A stretch of DNA of 64,000 nucleotides from Octopus vulgaris (Eukaryota): the NCBI GenBank assembly GCA_951406725.2, contig OX597824.1, forward strand, positions 41,044,001 through 41,108,000, read 5' to 3'. A model generated the notes under the pieces. That model saw only the letters and a program-made list of their open reading frames with translations. It had not been told where the DNA came from and ran no database searches. Shown piece by piece: positions 39,037 to 52,076 of this stretch (position 1 is its first letter; each line of letters starts with the position of its first letter). Made by a program: the position numbers and the translations under genes.

Positions 39037-39424
39037 GGTGTAAGAGTAGCTGTGTGGTAAGTAGCTTGTTTATCAACCACATGGTTCCGGGTTCAGTTCC
39101 ACTGTGTGGCCCCTCGGGTAAGTGTCTTCTACTATAGCCTCGGGTCGACCAAAGCCTTGTGAGTGGATTTGGTAGACGGAAACTGAAAGAAGTCTGTCGT
39201 ATATATGTATATATATATGTGTTTGTGTGTCTGTGTTTGTCCTGCCAACATCGCTTGACAATCAATGCTGGTGTGTTTACGTCGCTGTTACCTAGCGGTT
39301 TGGCAAAAGAGACCAATAGAATAAGTACTAGGCTTACAAAGAATAAGTCCTGGGGTCGATTTGCTCGACTAAAGGCAGTGCTCCAGCATGGCCACGGTCA
39401 AATGACTGAAACAAGTAAAAGAGT
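39037..39424 (+). mobile_element. SINE family A, full length
   Basis: Inverted relative to 38357-38764. Confidence 0.9.
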
Positions 39425-40336
39425 AATAATCTTAACAATATCAGCAACAATAACACCAGTAGTAACATGAACAATATTGTTAGGGTCAATGGGAGCATAA
39501 AAACAAACCAATGAGGAAGCCTTTTTGTTGTTTCTTGGTATGCTAGGAATAGTAGCTAATTCTCCCTCAAATCATACCTCACTACCTCAGAATAAGGAAA
39601 AGACAGGATCATCATGGTGGGAATGCCTTTGATCACAGGTCTGTTCAGTTAAAGCTTACACTAGGCTAAGCAACAAAAACAACAACAACAAAAAGGATGA
39701 AACCTCTGTGTGATCACTTGGCCTGTTAGAAATAACAGCCAAATTTCCCCTTAAGTCATATTTTGCTTTCTTAAACAGGCTGACAGTAATGGTAGATTAT
39801 ATAGTGTCTGAATAAGAAATGACTGGATTACTTTTGATCTTTGACCTACTTAATGAGGATTGATCTGGGGTTAAACTATATTATCAATCAAAAATAATGT
39901 TAGAAAGCAACAGCATTAACCAAAAACCAGAAATCTCTATCATCATATTTACACAATGCACTACTAGTACTTATTACACAAGATTCACCTCTGTCTACCA
40001 TGGCTCACAGTGAACTGCTTATCAACCCAAATTGCCAATCGTTCACAGTTCTTTGTTTTATAACAAATAATCAGTCCACCTTTAGTCACTTGTGAGGTGG
40101 TTGGAATCCTTCCACAACAATATATATATATCACATGTTACGGTCATCTCTACAGATTTTCTATAGCAATTATAGCCAACACTATAATTTCTACTGAAAA
40201 TATGAAGAGATGACCTTAACACGTGATTTAAGAGTACTTCTAACACAATAGCATATGGTATTGACTTATAAAAATGCTTAATATACTCTGTGGCATATTA
40301 TGGTTGCATAATGAAATACCATGTGCCTACAAGTCA

Positions 40337-40372
<36 letters not shown>

Positions 40373-40887
40373 CATACATACAGTTAAAACACTCCTGTCA
40401 CAATCTGGGACCTTGAAAACTGCTTTAATGCAAGAAAGTATACTAGTCCCTTAATATTTGATAGTCAATATTTCATCTATTCAATAAGACAATCAATACT
40501 TCATTTCATTTTACTATATATACTATTTATACTATATATTCTATATTAACATTATAAAGAATATGAATAAAACATAAAAAAACAGAGTTGGAATTTCTTT
40601 GAATAATATATATCCCTCTATACACAATCATACAAACCCCCTTTATATATATATATATATATACATACAATAATCTTTTGCCATATCATGGTTTATTATT
40701 TAGGCTTAAGTTGATTCCTCTGTCTTATAATTTGTATGTATTTATAATAAAATAAATACATACAAATTATAAAAATAATAAAAAAAAATATACAGTACAG
40801 TACTGTTTCTACTGTTGTGGATTTTCACCTATTGCGGGTGGTTTTGGAATGTCACACCCATGATAGTTAAGGGATTACTGCATATAT

Positions 40888-41372
40888 GTGAAGGCGTGTA
40901 GCTTAGTGGTTAGGGTATTTTGGCTCATGATTGTAAGGTCATAAGTATGATTCCTGGCAGTGCATTATATCCTTGAGCAAGGCACTTCATCATACATCGC
41001 ACCAGTTCACTCAGCTGGTAAAGAATGAGTTGTACCTGTGATTCAAAGGGCCAATATTGTCACACCCTGTGTCATGCTGAATCTCCCTGAGAACTACTTT
41101 AAGGGTATGCATGTTTGTGGAATGCTCAGCCACTTACATGTTAATTTCATGAGCAGGCTGGTCTGTTGATCAGATCAACTGGAACCCTTGAAATTTTTTT
41201 GGAGGGATAAGTTGATTACATCGATCCCAGTACTCAACTGGTACTTATTTTATTGACCCTGAAAGGATGAAAGGCAAAGTTGACTTCCATGGCATTTGAA
41301 GACAGATGAAATGTTGCTAATTATTTTGTCTGGTATGCTAATACTTCTGCCAGCTTGCCACCTTAATAATAA

Positions 41373-41404
<32 letters not shown>

Positions 41405-41716
41405 ATAATAATAATAATTATAATGTTGTTGCCCGTGCCGCTGGACTGGCTCCTATGCAGGTGACACATAAAAAGCACCATTTGAGTGTAGCCGTTGCCA
41501 GTACCACCTGACTGGCCCTCGTACTGGTGGCATGTAAAAGCACCCACTACACTCTCGGAGTGGTAGGTGTTAGGAAGGGCATCCAGTTGTAGAAATTCGG
41601 CCAGATCAGATTGGAGTCTGGTGCAGCCATCTGGTTCACCAGACCTCGGTCAAATCGTTCAACCCATGCTAGCATGGAAAGTGGACGTTAAACGATGATG
41701 ATGATGATGATGATGA
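40888..41716. mobile_element. Adjacent SINE C (+, 40888-41190), SINE B (-, 41190-41365) and SINE E (+, 41424-41716)
   Basis: Family-diagnostic motifs as described above. Confidence 0.8.
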
Positions 41717-43833
41717 AATAGCTACAACTATCGCAATAATAATTGACTACCACATTAATTACAATGACAGTAGTTATAATTATTTCTTAATTTCAGTATT
41801 AATGATTTCCAATTTACCAAAGCAGTAGTGACTCCACCACCACTACCACCACCACCACCACCGCAAACAGCATTATCAGCAACTACAATAAATACAATAA
41901 TATTAGAAAAAGAACATCAGCAACAACAACAACAGATATAACAATAACAGCAATAGTAGTGCCAGCATTAGTAACTACTACAACAACAACAACAACACTA
42001 ATAGTAGCAACAACAGCAAACACAATAAACAATATTAGAGGAAAAAAAGAGAAACAATAACAACAGCAGTAACAACAACAACAACAGCAACAACAATAAT
42101 AATAATAGCAACAACAACAGTGATAGCAGCAAGAGCAAGGAACAATATATAAGCAATATTAGCCAACATCAAAAAGGTGAAAAAAAAGAAAAAACTGCGA
42201 TAGCAATGTTATTAATTACAATGACAACAACAATAACATCAGCAACAATAGCCGCACTAGTAATTAAGAGAATTCAATTTGCTAGGCAGATGGAAGGAGA
42301 GTAATTTGTGTTTTACCTCTCTATCCTCATCACCACCATCCCTCACACAATTCTTTTCCATTCTGTTGAGATGATGGTTGTAGTGGGAATGAGCGAGGGA
42401 GAAAGAGAGAGTGAGTTGAATGTACTTGTATTAATAATATATAAAAAAAATTCTGTGAATCCAAAGTGAATGAAGAGCAAAATAAGGTGGTGGAAGATGG
42501 AGAATAAAAAAGAATTGTCATCATCATTTACCATTCATGCTCCCTCCATTGCTGGCTGTTTGTCATGGTCTAATGAGACCAAGGACTGCATCGTGTTCCA
42601 TTATCTGATTCAGCAGAGTTTCTGTGGCTGGATGCCCTTCCTAATGCCAACTACTTCACGCTGTGTTCTGGGAGAAGGGTTTCTTTTATTTTTGAGTGCC
42701 ACTTACACTATTGAGATTGCCAAGATTACAAACCCTGGAGGAGGTGGGTGAGTCAGCTTCATGCTAGGGGACAAGAGGATTAAACTATGAGAAAATGGAT
42801 GGATGGGTGGGATTGCAGGAGATAGATAATGCCGATGAGGTGCCCAGGTGACACCCACAAGGCACAAGGTGAGTAGAAGTGAGTAGATGGGTAGTTTGCA
42901 AAATTGTATGGGAAGGAGATGAGGGGATGGATAAAAAAAAAGGAAATGTTTTAAAGTTAGAAAGGAGGGTGTCAGAGAAGTAGGCAAGCAGAGTGAGGTA
43001 ACATGAAGTATGTTCATCTATCCCTTTTTGGGTGTGAATAAACCAATGATGGACACTGTGTTTGACTTGCTTGTAGAACTGGCACTCTGTTGGCTATGAT
43101 GCTTTTAAATATGACCATTGAGACTAATGTAAAGTTGAAAAAGACAGTGTGAAATGGGCATAAGTTGAAATGTGCTTGTAATAGCAATACTGCCTTTCTT
43201 TAGGTTACAAACTATGTACCTGAGAGAGGGGGAGATGAGCAGGTAGAGAGCGAAGTAGAGAGGGATATGGAGAGATGATGATGATGATGATGATGGTGTT
43301 CTTGTAATGTCCCTTCTTTTATGCATGAGGCCTTGAGGCTGAGCACTTCATGCCAGTGAAACGCTCAACAGTTATACAATACTCCTCCTTACACCTACAG
43401 CTATACCACTTGCTCCTGACTGCTCCCACTCTTCTGTTTCTTCTCTACTCTTCTTCATCACTTTCTTCCTTTGGCTCTTTATTTCCTTCACGTCTCTCTC
43501 CCTCATCATCATCTTTTTCTTTCTCTCATCACCACTCTCTCCCTCATCTTCTCTCATTCTCTCTCCCTCTCTCTAATTCTCTCTCCCTCTCTCTCATTCT
43601 CTCTCCCTCTCTCCTCAAATTTTTATTATTTATTTTCTCTCTCTCTCTCTCTTTCTATCCACAATTTACTGTTTCTATCACTCATACCACCTCCCTTTTC
43701 CTTCATTCTCTTCAACTATTTTCTCTCCATATCCCTCCCTACCTCACTCTCTACCTGATAATCATTAAGAAAACATCTAAAAGCCAATACTGAAGTGGAA
43801 AACCAAAGAAAATACATGTGAAAATATGTATCA

Positions 43834-44112
43834 CAGGCATGTGTGGTAAGAAGCTTGCTTCTCAGCCATATGGTTCTGGGTTCAGTCCCACTGTGTGGCA
43901 TCGTGGGCAAGTGTTTTCTGCTATAGCCTTGAGCCGACCAAAGCCTCATGAGTGGATTTAGTAAATGGAAACTGAAAGAATTGTCCTATATATAGTCAAT
44001 TCAAATAAACAAATGATAAAATTAACAATAACAGACAAGAGGATGTACACATTTCAAACATAACTCTTTGTTGGAAAGGAGGAATGGAAAAGCCCAAAGA
44101 AGGGAATGTGTG

Positions 44113-44148
<36 letters not shown>

Positions 44149-44330
44149 ATATGTTTGTTCCCCACCACTGCTTGATGACAATGCTGGTTTGTTTATATCT
44201 GTAACCTTGGTTTGGCAAAAGAGACTAATAGAATAAGTACCAGGGTTAAAAAAAAAGTCCTAGGGTTGATTTGTTTAACTAAAACCCTTCGAGACATTGC
44301 CATAGTTAAATGACTGAAACAAGTAAAAGA
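43834..44330 (+). mobile_element. SINE family A with a ~115-bp internal insertion
   Basis: Head runs to 43990, then unrelated sequence, then (TG)n and the tail. Confidence 0.8.
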
Positions 44331-45524
44331 TAGAAGATAAACTATTTATTAAAACAGATATAAGCAAATAAATTTTCAAAAATGTTTTTTTTCTCTGTCC
44401 TTTAAACCAATTACTAACGTAAGTTAAGGTATGCCTACTCTGAAAATCTCATCTTCCTATGATGGTAGTTACCATTTGATGGGAGGGTAAGACCCCTGAT
44501 GTTGTTTAGTTCTTTATCTGGCCTGAATATCCCACCAGTTTTATGTTAAAACTGACCAGGTTGAGCCTCTCACACTTACTCGACAATGTCATTCTAAAAA
44601 TAAAAGCATTATTAATCACATTCAAATCCTGAAGGTACGAGATAATGGATGATTAATTCAAAACAATAGGAGACATGTGAGATGGAGAGCTGCTGAAGAG
44701 GTCACAGGTGTGTGATTAAAGATTTCCAGACAGTAGTCATAATCATAAGAACGATGATAATAAACAAGTGAAGAGCAAATATATAGTGCATGTGTTTATT
44801 TCACGAGATAAAAAAAAATGGCCATCCAGAAATATAACAACATTTGACAGAGTAATTTGAAGGCTAAAGGGTTAGAAAAATCCACAAAAAAAAAAGGGTG
44901 AAGTAGTTTTGTCAATCTTTTCCTGCTGTTCTTTCTAAGGAACACACTGTTCAAGTCTCCCCCACCAGCTATTAAGGGGTCTGTATTTTACTTACATACA
45001 TCTTCCTTTCACTCAACTCAAATGACCCTAAGCCGCCACCACTACCACCACCACCACCACCATAAAGAATTTTCTATGCTTGTCTTGCTAGAAATAACAG
45101 CTAAATTTCCTTCAGATCAACTTCTATTGTATATAGCCACAATGTTGATCCCTCACTCTTATATTTCTCTTCTCACTTAGGTTCTCTATATTCCTCGTTG
45201 TCCTCGTCATCATCTCCCCTGCCCCTGTGCTATTCATTGATTCATTCATTCATTCACTGCCACCCTGAAAGAAAAGTTACCGTTTGGGGTGGAGGTTGGG
45301 ATAACAACAGTATCTGGTGGGGTTGTTATGATGATGAGGTGGGGATGGGGTGGTGATATGGATGGATTAGGCTTGTTGCCAACATCTGGTTCAGTCCCAG
45401 GGTTTGAGCTGGGGGACAGGAAGGGTCTGAAGAGAGAATGGATGGCTGGACGGATGGATGAATGGATGCTATATTGGATGGAACCTGTCACAGGAATATG
45501 TCTCCATGTTGACACAGAGTTCAC

Positions 45525-45945
45525 AGTAGTGATGATGATGATGGTGGTGGTGGTGATGGAAGTGGTGTTGGTGGTGGTGATGATGGCAGAGACAGTGGTG
45601 TAACATAATGGTGGTGGTGCTAATGAAGGCAGAGGGGTGGTGGTTGTAGTGGTGGTTGCAGTAGTGGTAGCAATAATGATGGTATTGATAGTTGTGGTGG
45701 TGGTGGTGTTGGTGTTGATGGCTGCAATGATGGTGATGAGTATTGTGTTATGTTATGGCTGCAGTGATGATGGTGTGAGGATGATAGTAATAGTAGTTAT
45801 AGTGGTGGGGGAAAGAAAATCGGTGATATTAGCAGTGGTAGCAGCAGCAGCAGTGGTGGTGGTGGCAGCAGCAGCAGTGGTGGTAGTGGTGGCAGCAGCA
45901 GCAGTGGTGGTGGATTGTGATAGTTGTGGTAGTAATAGTAGTGTT
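45525..45945. repeat. (GGT/GAT/GCA)n low-complexity field
   Basis: Direct reading. Confidence 0.9.
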
Positions 45946-46152
45946 GCCAGTTATGGCGATGATAGTGAAAGTGGCTCGGTAGGTATTGCCATGCCAATGG
46001 GGCTGACAGATTGGGATCCTGGCAGGAGCAGGTGCTAGGAAAGTAAGTAAAGTGTTAAGAATGAATTAAGGGTTCCAGTGAGAAATGGCTAAGCTTTTGC
46101 CACTGTTGAGATGGTTCTCACTCTGGGGAAGACCTCTTGATGTTATGAAGAC

Positions 46153-46542
46153 CTTTATTCTTTTATTTGTTTCAGTCATTTGACTGCAGCCATGCCGGAG
46201 CACCGCCTTTAGTCGAGCAAATCGAACCCAGGACTTATTCTTTGTAAGCTTAGTACTTATTCTATTGGGATCTTTTGCCGAACCGTTAAGTTACGGGGAC
46301 ATAAACACACAAACATCGGTTGTCAAGCGATGTTGGGGGGGGGGAATACACACACACACACATATATATACACATACGATGGGTTTCTTTCAGTTTCCAT
46401 TCTACCAAATCCACTCACAAGGCTTTGGTCAGTCCGAGGCTATAGTAAAAAAAACACTTGCCAAGGTACCATGCAGTGGGACTGAACCCGGAACCATGTG
46501 GTTGGTGAGCAAGCTACTTACCACACAGCCACTCCTGTGCCT
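46153..46542 (-). mobile_element. SINE family A
   Basis: Full length. Confidence 0.9.
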
Positions 46543-47867
46543 ATATGTTGTTGTTGTAATTGTTTAGCCCCAGTTCCATCCTCATTGAGTAGATCTATAT
46601 ATAATCAAAAGCATTCCATTCTTGACTATTCCAGCCTTAGGCCACATCATGTCCTTTGTTTTAAAGACAAAAAAGTGTTATTAGAAGGAGATTTAGCTGC
46701 TATTTCCAGCAGGTTAAACAACTACATTGGCTCCTTTATTGGTTCCAGATCTTTTGTATTTCTCTTGTGGTGGTTCTCTGCAAGCACAAACCCCACATTC
46801 TGTCTCTGTCCAGTTCTTTCTGTCTCTGTTAGTACAGAGGGAGATTTGGCTGCTATTTCTAGTTCTTGTGACTGACTATATAGAAGCTCTTCTTTAGCTC
46901 TAGATTTTCCACATTCCAGTTGGTGCTGGCAGCAGAGTGTGGTGATGGCGGGGTGGGGGGTGGGGGTACAAGTATAAGTCCCACATTCTCTCTCCCCCCT
47001 CTCTCTCTCTCCTTCGGCAATGAAAGAGGGAGAGAGAGTTTAATGAGTTCACATGCCCTCAGTGAACTATCTACTCCTTACTCCCCCCCTCTTGCCAGTG
47101 CAACAGAGAAATACATACCATACACAATCACACAGAGAGAGGCAATAAAAAACAAAACAAAACAAAAGATGATGAAGCGGGGGAGGAAGGGGGTGTATAA
47201 TTAGATCAAAGGCCCTAGCCTATCTATATTTCCATCACACCCTTTCATCCATTCATCTTTCTTCCTCTCTTGCCTTTTTTTCCTTACAGCTGCCATTTTG
47301 CTTTGCTTTGCTGATTTTTTTTTTTTTAGCACTGGTTGTTGAGTGTGCATGTGTATGCGTGTGTGTGTGTGTGTGTGTGTGTGGCTGGTTACTATCGATT
47401 TCTTTTGATCAGATACAAAGCATACGATGTGGAGAAGGGGAAAAAGTGTGTGTTTGTGTGGGGGATATAGTCAATGGAATCAATACCAGTAAACTACTGT
47501 TAACTAATTCTGTATTCTATCCACCTTAGAGAGAAAGAGGATAAACATTAAAGTAATTTGTACCACCTCCCCAAACCCCCACCCAACCTTGCCCAACCAC
47601 AACCAAAGAGATTGGAGTTCAGAATGTAGATGGAGTGGTTGCATCAGAAGCATTAACCATTTCAATACAACCTGCTTGATTTCCGAGGTTGACTTTGCCT
47701 TTCATCCTTTCAGAGTCAATAAACTACCAGTTACGCACTGGGGGCGATCTAATCGACTTAATCCCTTTGTCTGTCCTTGTTTGTCCCCTCTATGTTTAGC
47801 CCCTTGTGGGCAGTAAAGGAATATATATGATACAAATTTCCTGTTTTAATATGATCCAAATTAAAAC

Positions 47868-48705
47868 TTTGTTGCTGTCTTGGGAGAGTCACCGTGCCAG
47901 TGATAGTAACTCACACACAGGTTCAGTTTCACTTCTTCACTGTTGGTCAATTTGTGAAATATCTTATCAATTAACTAATTGATCGTTTGTTCAATGTACT
48001 AGTTAAACAATCAATTGCCATTTGTTATCTTTTCAGTGAGTTAATAACTTCCTCTCCAGAAAGAGGAAGTCACTAAGTTACTGAAAATGTCGCAAACAGA
48101 ATTTTGGTTAACAAACAATTGATTGATTGATTGATTGTTTAACGAGCAACAGTAAGCAAATGATTGATTAGTTAGTGTTTTTTTTTTATCTTTTACCTGT
48201 TTCAGTCATTTGACTGTTTTCATGCTGGGGCACTGCCTTGAAGGGTTTTAGTTGAACAAATTGACCCTAGGACTTATTTTTGAAGCCTAGTACTTATTCT
48301 ATTAGTTTCTTTTGCTGAACTGCTAAGTTATAGGGATGTAAACACATTGCTACCACTTATCAAGTGGTAATGGGGAACAATCTCACTCACACATACACAT
48401 ACACACATGCGCACGCACACACACACATACACACACACACGACAGGGTTCTTTCAGTTTCCATCTGCGAAATCTATTCACAAAGCTTTGGTTGGCCTGTG
48501 GCTATAGTAGACACTTGCCAAAGGTGTAACACAGTGGGACTGAACTCGGAACCATGTGGTTGGGAAGCAAGCTTCTTACCATACAGTCACGCCTGCATCT
48601 AATTGCCTAGATATTTAACCAATTGACTAACAACAAAGAAATCAAACTGAACCTCTGTGTGTGTGTGTGTTTTATTGGCATAATAACTCTCTCAAGACAA
48701 CAAAA
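47868..48705. mobile_element. Foldback (palindromic) MITE interrupted by SINE A (-, 48178-48598)
   Basis: Left arm 47868-48055 is the reverse complement of 48062-48177 plus 48599-48705; centre ACTTCCTCT-CCAGAA-AGAGGAAGT. Confidence 0.8.
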
Positions 48706-49586
48706 TTTGTGTCAACACATGAATTCCCATCAACAATTTTGCTAAACAATTACAAAAACGAACTAAATTAAAACCTTCCCTCATGATTTCATGTTAATTT
48801 TATGTTTCAAACATCAATTTAATAATGTCAAAGTTCTCACTAAATTCTTTGTTATTTTCAAAATTAACTGAAACAAAGAAATATGCTAACTAAAGGATTA
48901 AAGCAGCAGTTCTCTATTTGATTTGATTTTATGGTTCACTGGAGACCAAACAAAAAATGACTTTTGCTCTTCACAAGGAAAGCTTTCAAAAATTATTTTA
49001 GAATTAAAAATTTAGGGCAAGATGCAGAAAGCTTAGTTTATTTTATTAACCATATTTACTCTTTTAAGTCTGGAACAGGCCTCATTTTGCCAAACTCTAA
49101 GTTATGGGGGGGGGGTAAACAAACTGGTACCAATAGTTGAGTAGTGGGCTGGGGTGGAGGACAAACTCAGACATGTGTGCTTGTGCTCTCTCACACACAC
49201 ACAAGCAATTTATTTTTAATGGTTGAACTCAAAGTAGATAAAGCTATATAAAAAAGCGATTTTAAATTTTGGCACAAAGCCATCAATTTTGGTGAGGGGT
49301 AAGCCAATCACATTGACCCCAGTGTTTAACTGGTACTTATTTTATCAACCCTGAAAAGATGAAAGGCCAAGTCAACCTCAACAGAACTTGAACTCATGAT
49401 ATACTGCTAAGCCTTTTGCTTGGCATGCTAGTGAATCTGTTTGCTCACCACCTTAAGCTATATAAATAATGTGTTAATGTTGGATTGAATAACCCTTTGG
49501 TTAGAAGATATCTATATGCTTTTATTTATAGCCTTATCTACTTTGAGTTCAACTGTTGAAAGAAAATTATCTCACATTTTCTTGAG

Positions 49587-50267
49587 CAGTGGTTTTCAAC
49601 CATTTGTTACCTATGGGACCCCTTTGATTTCTATTTTACTCAGATGGACCCTCCTAGCTATTCAATGTTTAAAAAGTCATGTTATATCTTTGTAACTAAA
49701 TATCATTAGGGATTGTATAAAAACATTGTTAAAACATTTTGTGTATTATAGAAGTATAACTGATTTATTGCAGATGAATTTTAACAAAATCTTATATGGA
49801 CCCTGGTTTAGAACCATTGTCTTAGGGGCTCTGTATATATAGAGTGCATTGGGAGATTTTTAGTGGGGTTGTGGGATATGAGCTTTTCATAACATGCAAG
49901 ACTTTTTTGTCTTCAGGTATAGTCCATCAGTAGTTCTCAACTGGGATCCATATGAGATTTTTGGGGTCCATACTACAAAATAGTAAATTGGGGATCCACA
50001 ATGGTATTTTAAGGTTCCTGAAAAAAAAATTGCTTTAGATGAATATATTTGTATGTATTGCAAGAAACTGATTGTTTTTTTTTCTCTGACATTTTACATT
50101 GTCCAACCTACACAAGTTACTGGGTGGAAAAACAAAATAGGAATTTCAAAAGAAGTTTCTATAAAACTAGTTTTTAAACACTGATTGGCTATGGGGAGTG
50201 GGGAGGTCTATCAGAATGAAATAGTAATCAAAAGGGTCCATTGATAAAAAATGGTTGAGAACCCCTG
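49587..50267. mobile_element. Two hAT-like MITEs in opposite orientation (49587-49819 and 49928-50267)
   Basis: CAGTGGTTTTCAACC / GGTTGAGAACCCCTG termini; the start of the first is the reverse complement of the end of the second. Confidence 0.75.
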
Positions 50268-51076
50268 AACTAAATGAAAGTGGCCAATTGGTTGAGTCAG
50301 TAGAGTGTCAGATTGATCACTTTGTGGCAAGAGCTCCAGATCTCTATGCTCTTGAGTTCAACTCCTGCTTAAGTCAACTTTGCTTTTTATCCTTTTGAAA
50401 TCAATATTAAATTATCAATGATTTACTAGGATCAATTCTTCTCTTCCTTTTTGCCTGTATTTTAGATGAAACCAGCTTTGGTCAGACTTGACAAGGATAG
50501 GCTGTGTCAGGTCTAAAAATGTTCAATGTATCCTTTCATTTTTTTTTTTTTAGACAGAAGGTTGTATTATCAAGGTGATTTTGCTGGTCTGTCTGTTTTA
50601 TTTATTTTTATTGATATATTCAACTGAAACACCGGATTCTTCTCTAAAACAATGTTACAAGATTTGCTTCTTGGAAATCCTGTATAATAATCATCATTGA
50701 TGTAAAATGAGATTTCAACTACATTTTGCTTGTGTAAAAATATAAAATTTTAGTGAGTGGAAACTAAAAAAAAAATTTTAAGAACTGATGACAAAACCTG
50801 TTTTGCTATTATCTACTGCCAACTAAAGATAACACTCTTTTACTAACCTCTTGTTTATTCTTCTGCTTGCTTACCTGTGTTGCTGTGGAATTAACATAGA
50901 AACGGATGCTGACTGTTCTTGTTTGCCAGGTAGGCTATAAAAAAGAAAAAAACATTTGAAATTGTGGAAAGGAATTTCTTTCTTGTTCTTTGATGATTTT
51001 TGGCTTGTCTCTTATTTTTCTTCAGGCTTTCTCTTTATTTCTTTCTCTCTTTTGTTTCTCTCTTTCTCCCTAAAGA

Positions 51077-51121
<45 letters not shown>

Positions 51122-51596
51122 ACACAAATGGGCTGAGGTTGATTACAGCTGTTTCAGATATATTTTTTTTTATTGATGAACAAATCAATTACATCATGCA
51201 AAAAAACTGTTTTCTTCAGGTGAATTAAAAATTAACATTTAGGACTTTTCACACAAAGAGTATAGAATGTATATTGACTCTCTCATCTCAGTGCCAGTTG
51301 AAAGATTAAAAAATCTTGATTCTGTTGAATCCTGCAAATAATTATACACAAACACACATTATTAATTACATATACTTAATGTATATGTTTTGTGTATTTT
51401 CTGGTGGATGCAATAGCACCAGGTGTTGGCTCACCTTCAGTCTCATTTTGGTAACTCATCTTTAGGTGCTCATCACTCCCAAATGGGATTGAAGGTAACT
51501 CACCTTCAGTTCCATTTGGGAGTGGTGGGTGTTTCACCATTTTTGTGGCCTGTCAACATCATGTACCCATCAAGTCACTTGGCCATATATATGCTG

Positions 51597-51918
51597 AGAC
51601 CCCCTTTGGTCATGACTGACCATGGGATTGCACCCTTCCAGGCACAAGTCCAGGCAAGGTTGTTTTTGGAAGACCAGCAGTCGCCCATGCATACCGGCCT
51701 CCCCTCTCCATGCCACCAGTGTTATCCAAGGGAAGGCAAAGGTTGATACAGCTTGGCACCTGTGACGTAGCAACTCATTTCTACAGCTGAGTGAACTGGA
51801 GCAACATGAATTACAGTTTCTTGTTCAAGAACACAACATGCAGCCTGGTCCGGGATTCGAACTCACAACCTCACGATTGTAAGCTCGACGCTCTAACCAC
51901 TAAGCCATGCGCCTTCAC
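51597..51918 (-). mobile_element. SINE family D
   Basis: tRNA-like head with B-box GAGTTCGAATCC; TGGCCATATAT on both sides. Confidence 0.85.
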
Positions 51919-52012
51919 TGGCCATATATGTGTGTGTGTGTGTATATATATTTAAAAAAATATATAGACTGCTCTACTTCTTAGTGTACTTCTCCAGATT
52001 TATGTTTTTCTA

Positions 52013-52076
<64 letters not shown>

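Noticed and set aside
38419-39470. Recurrent similar short ORFs (GTEPGTMWL, FFQFPSTKS)
   Set aside because: Translations of SINE A, not a gene family.
51845-51918. tRNA-like sequence with A and B boxes
   Set aside because: It is the head of SINE D and continues directly into the SINE body.
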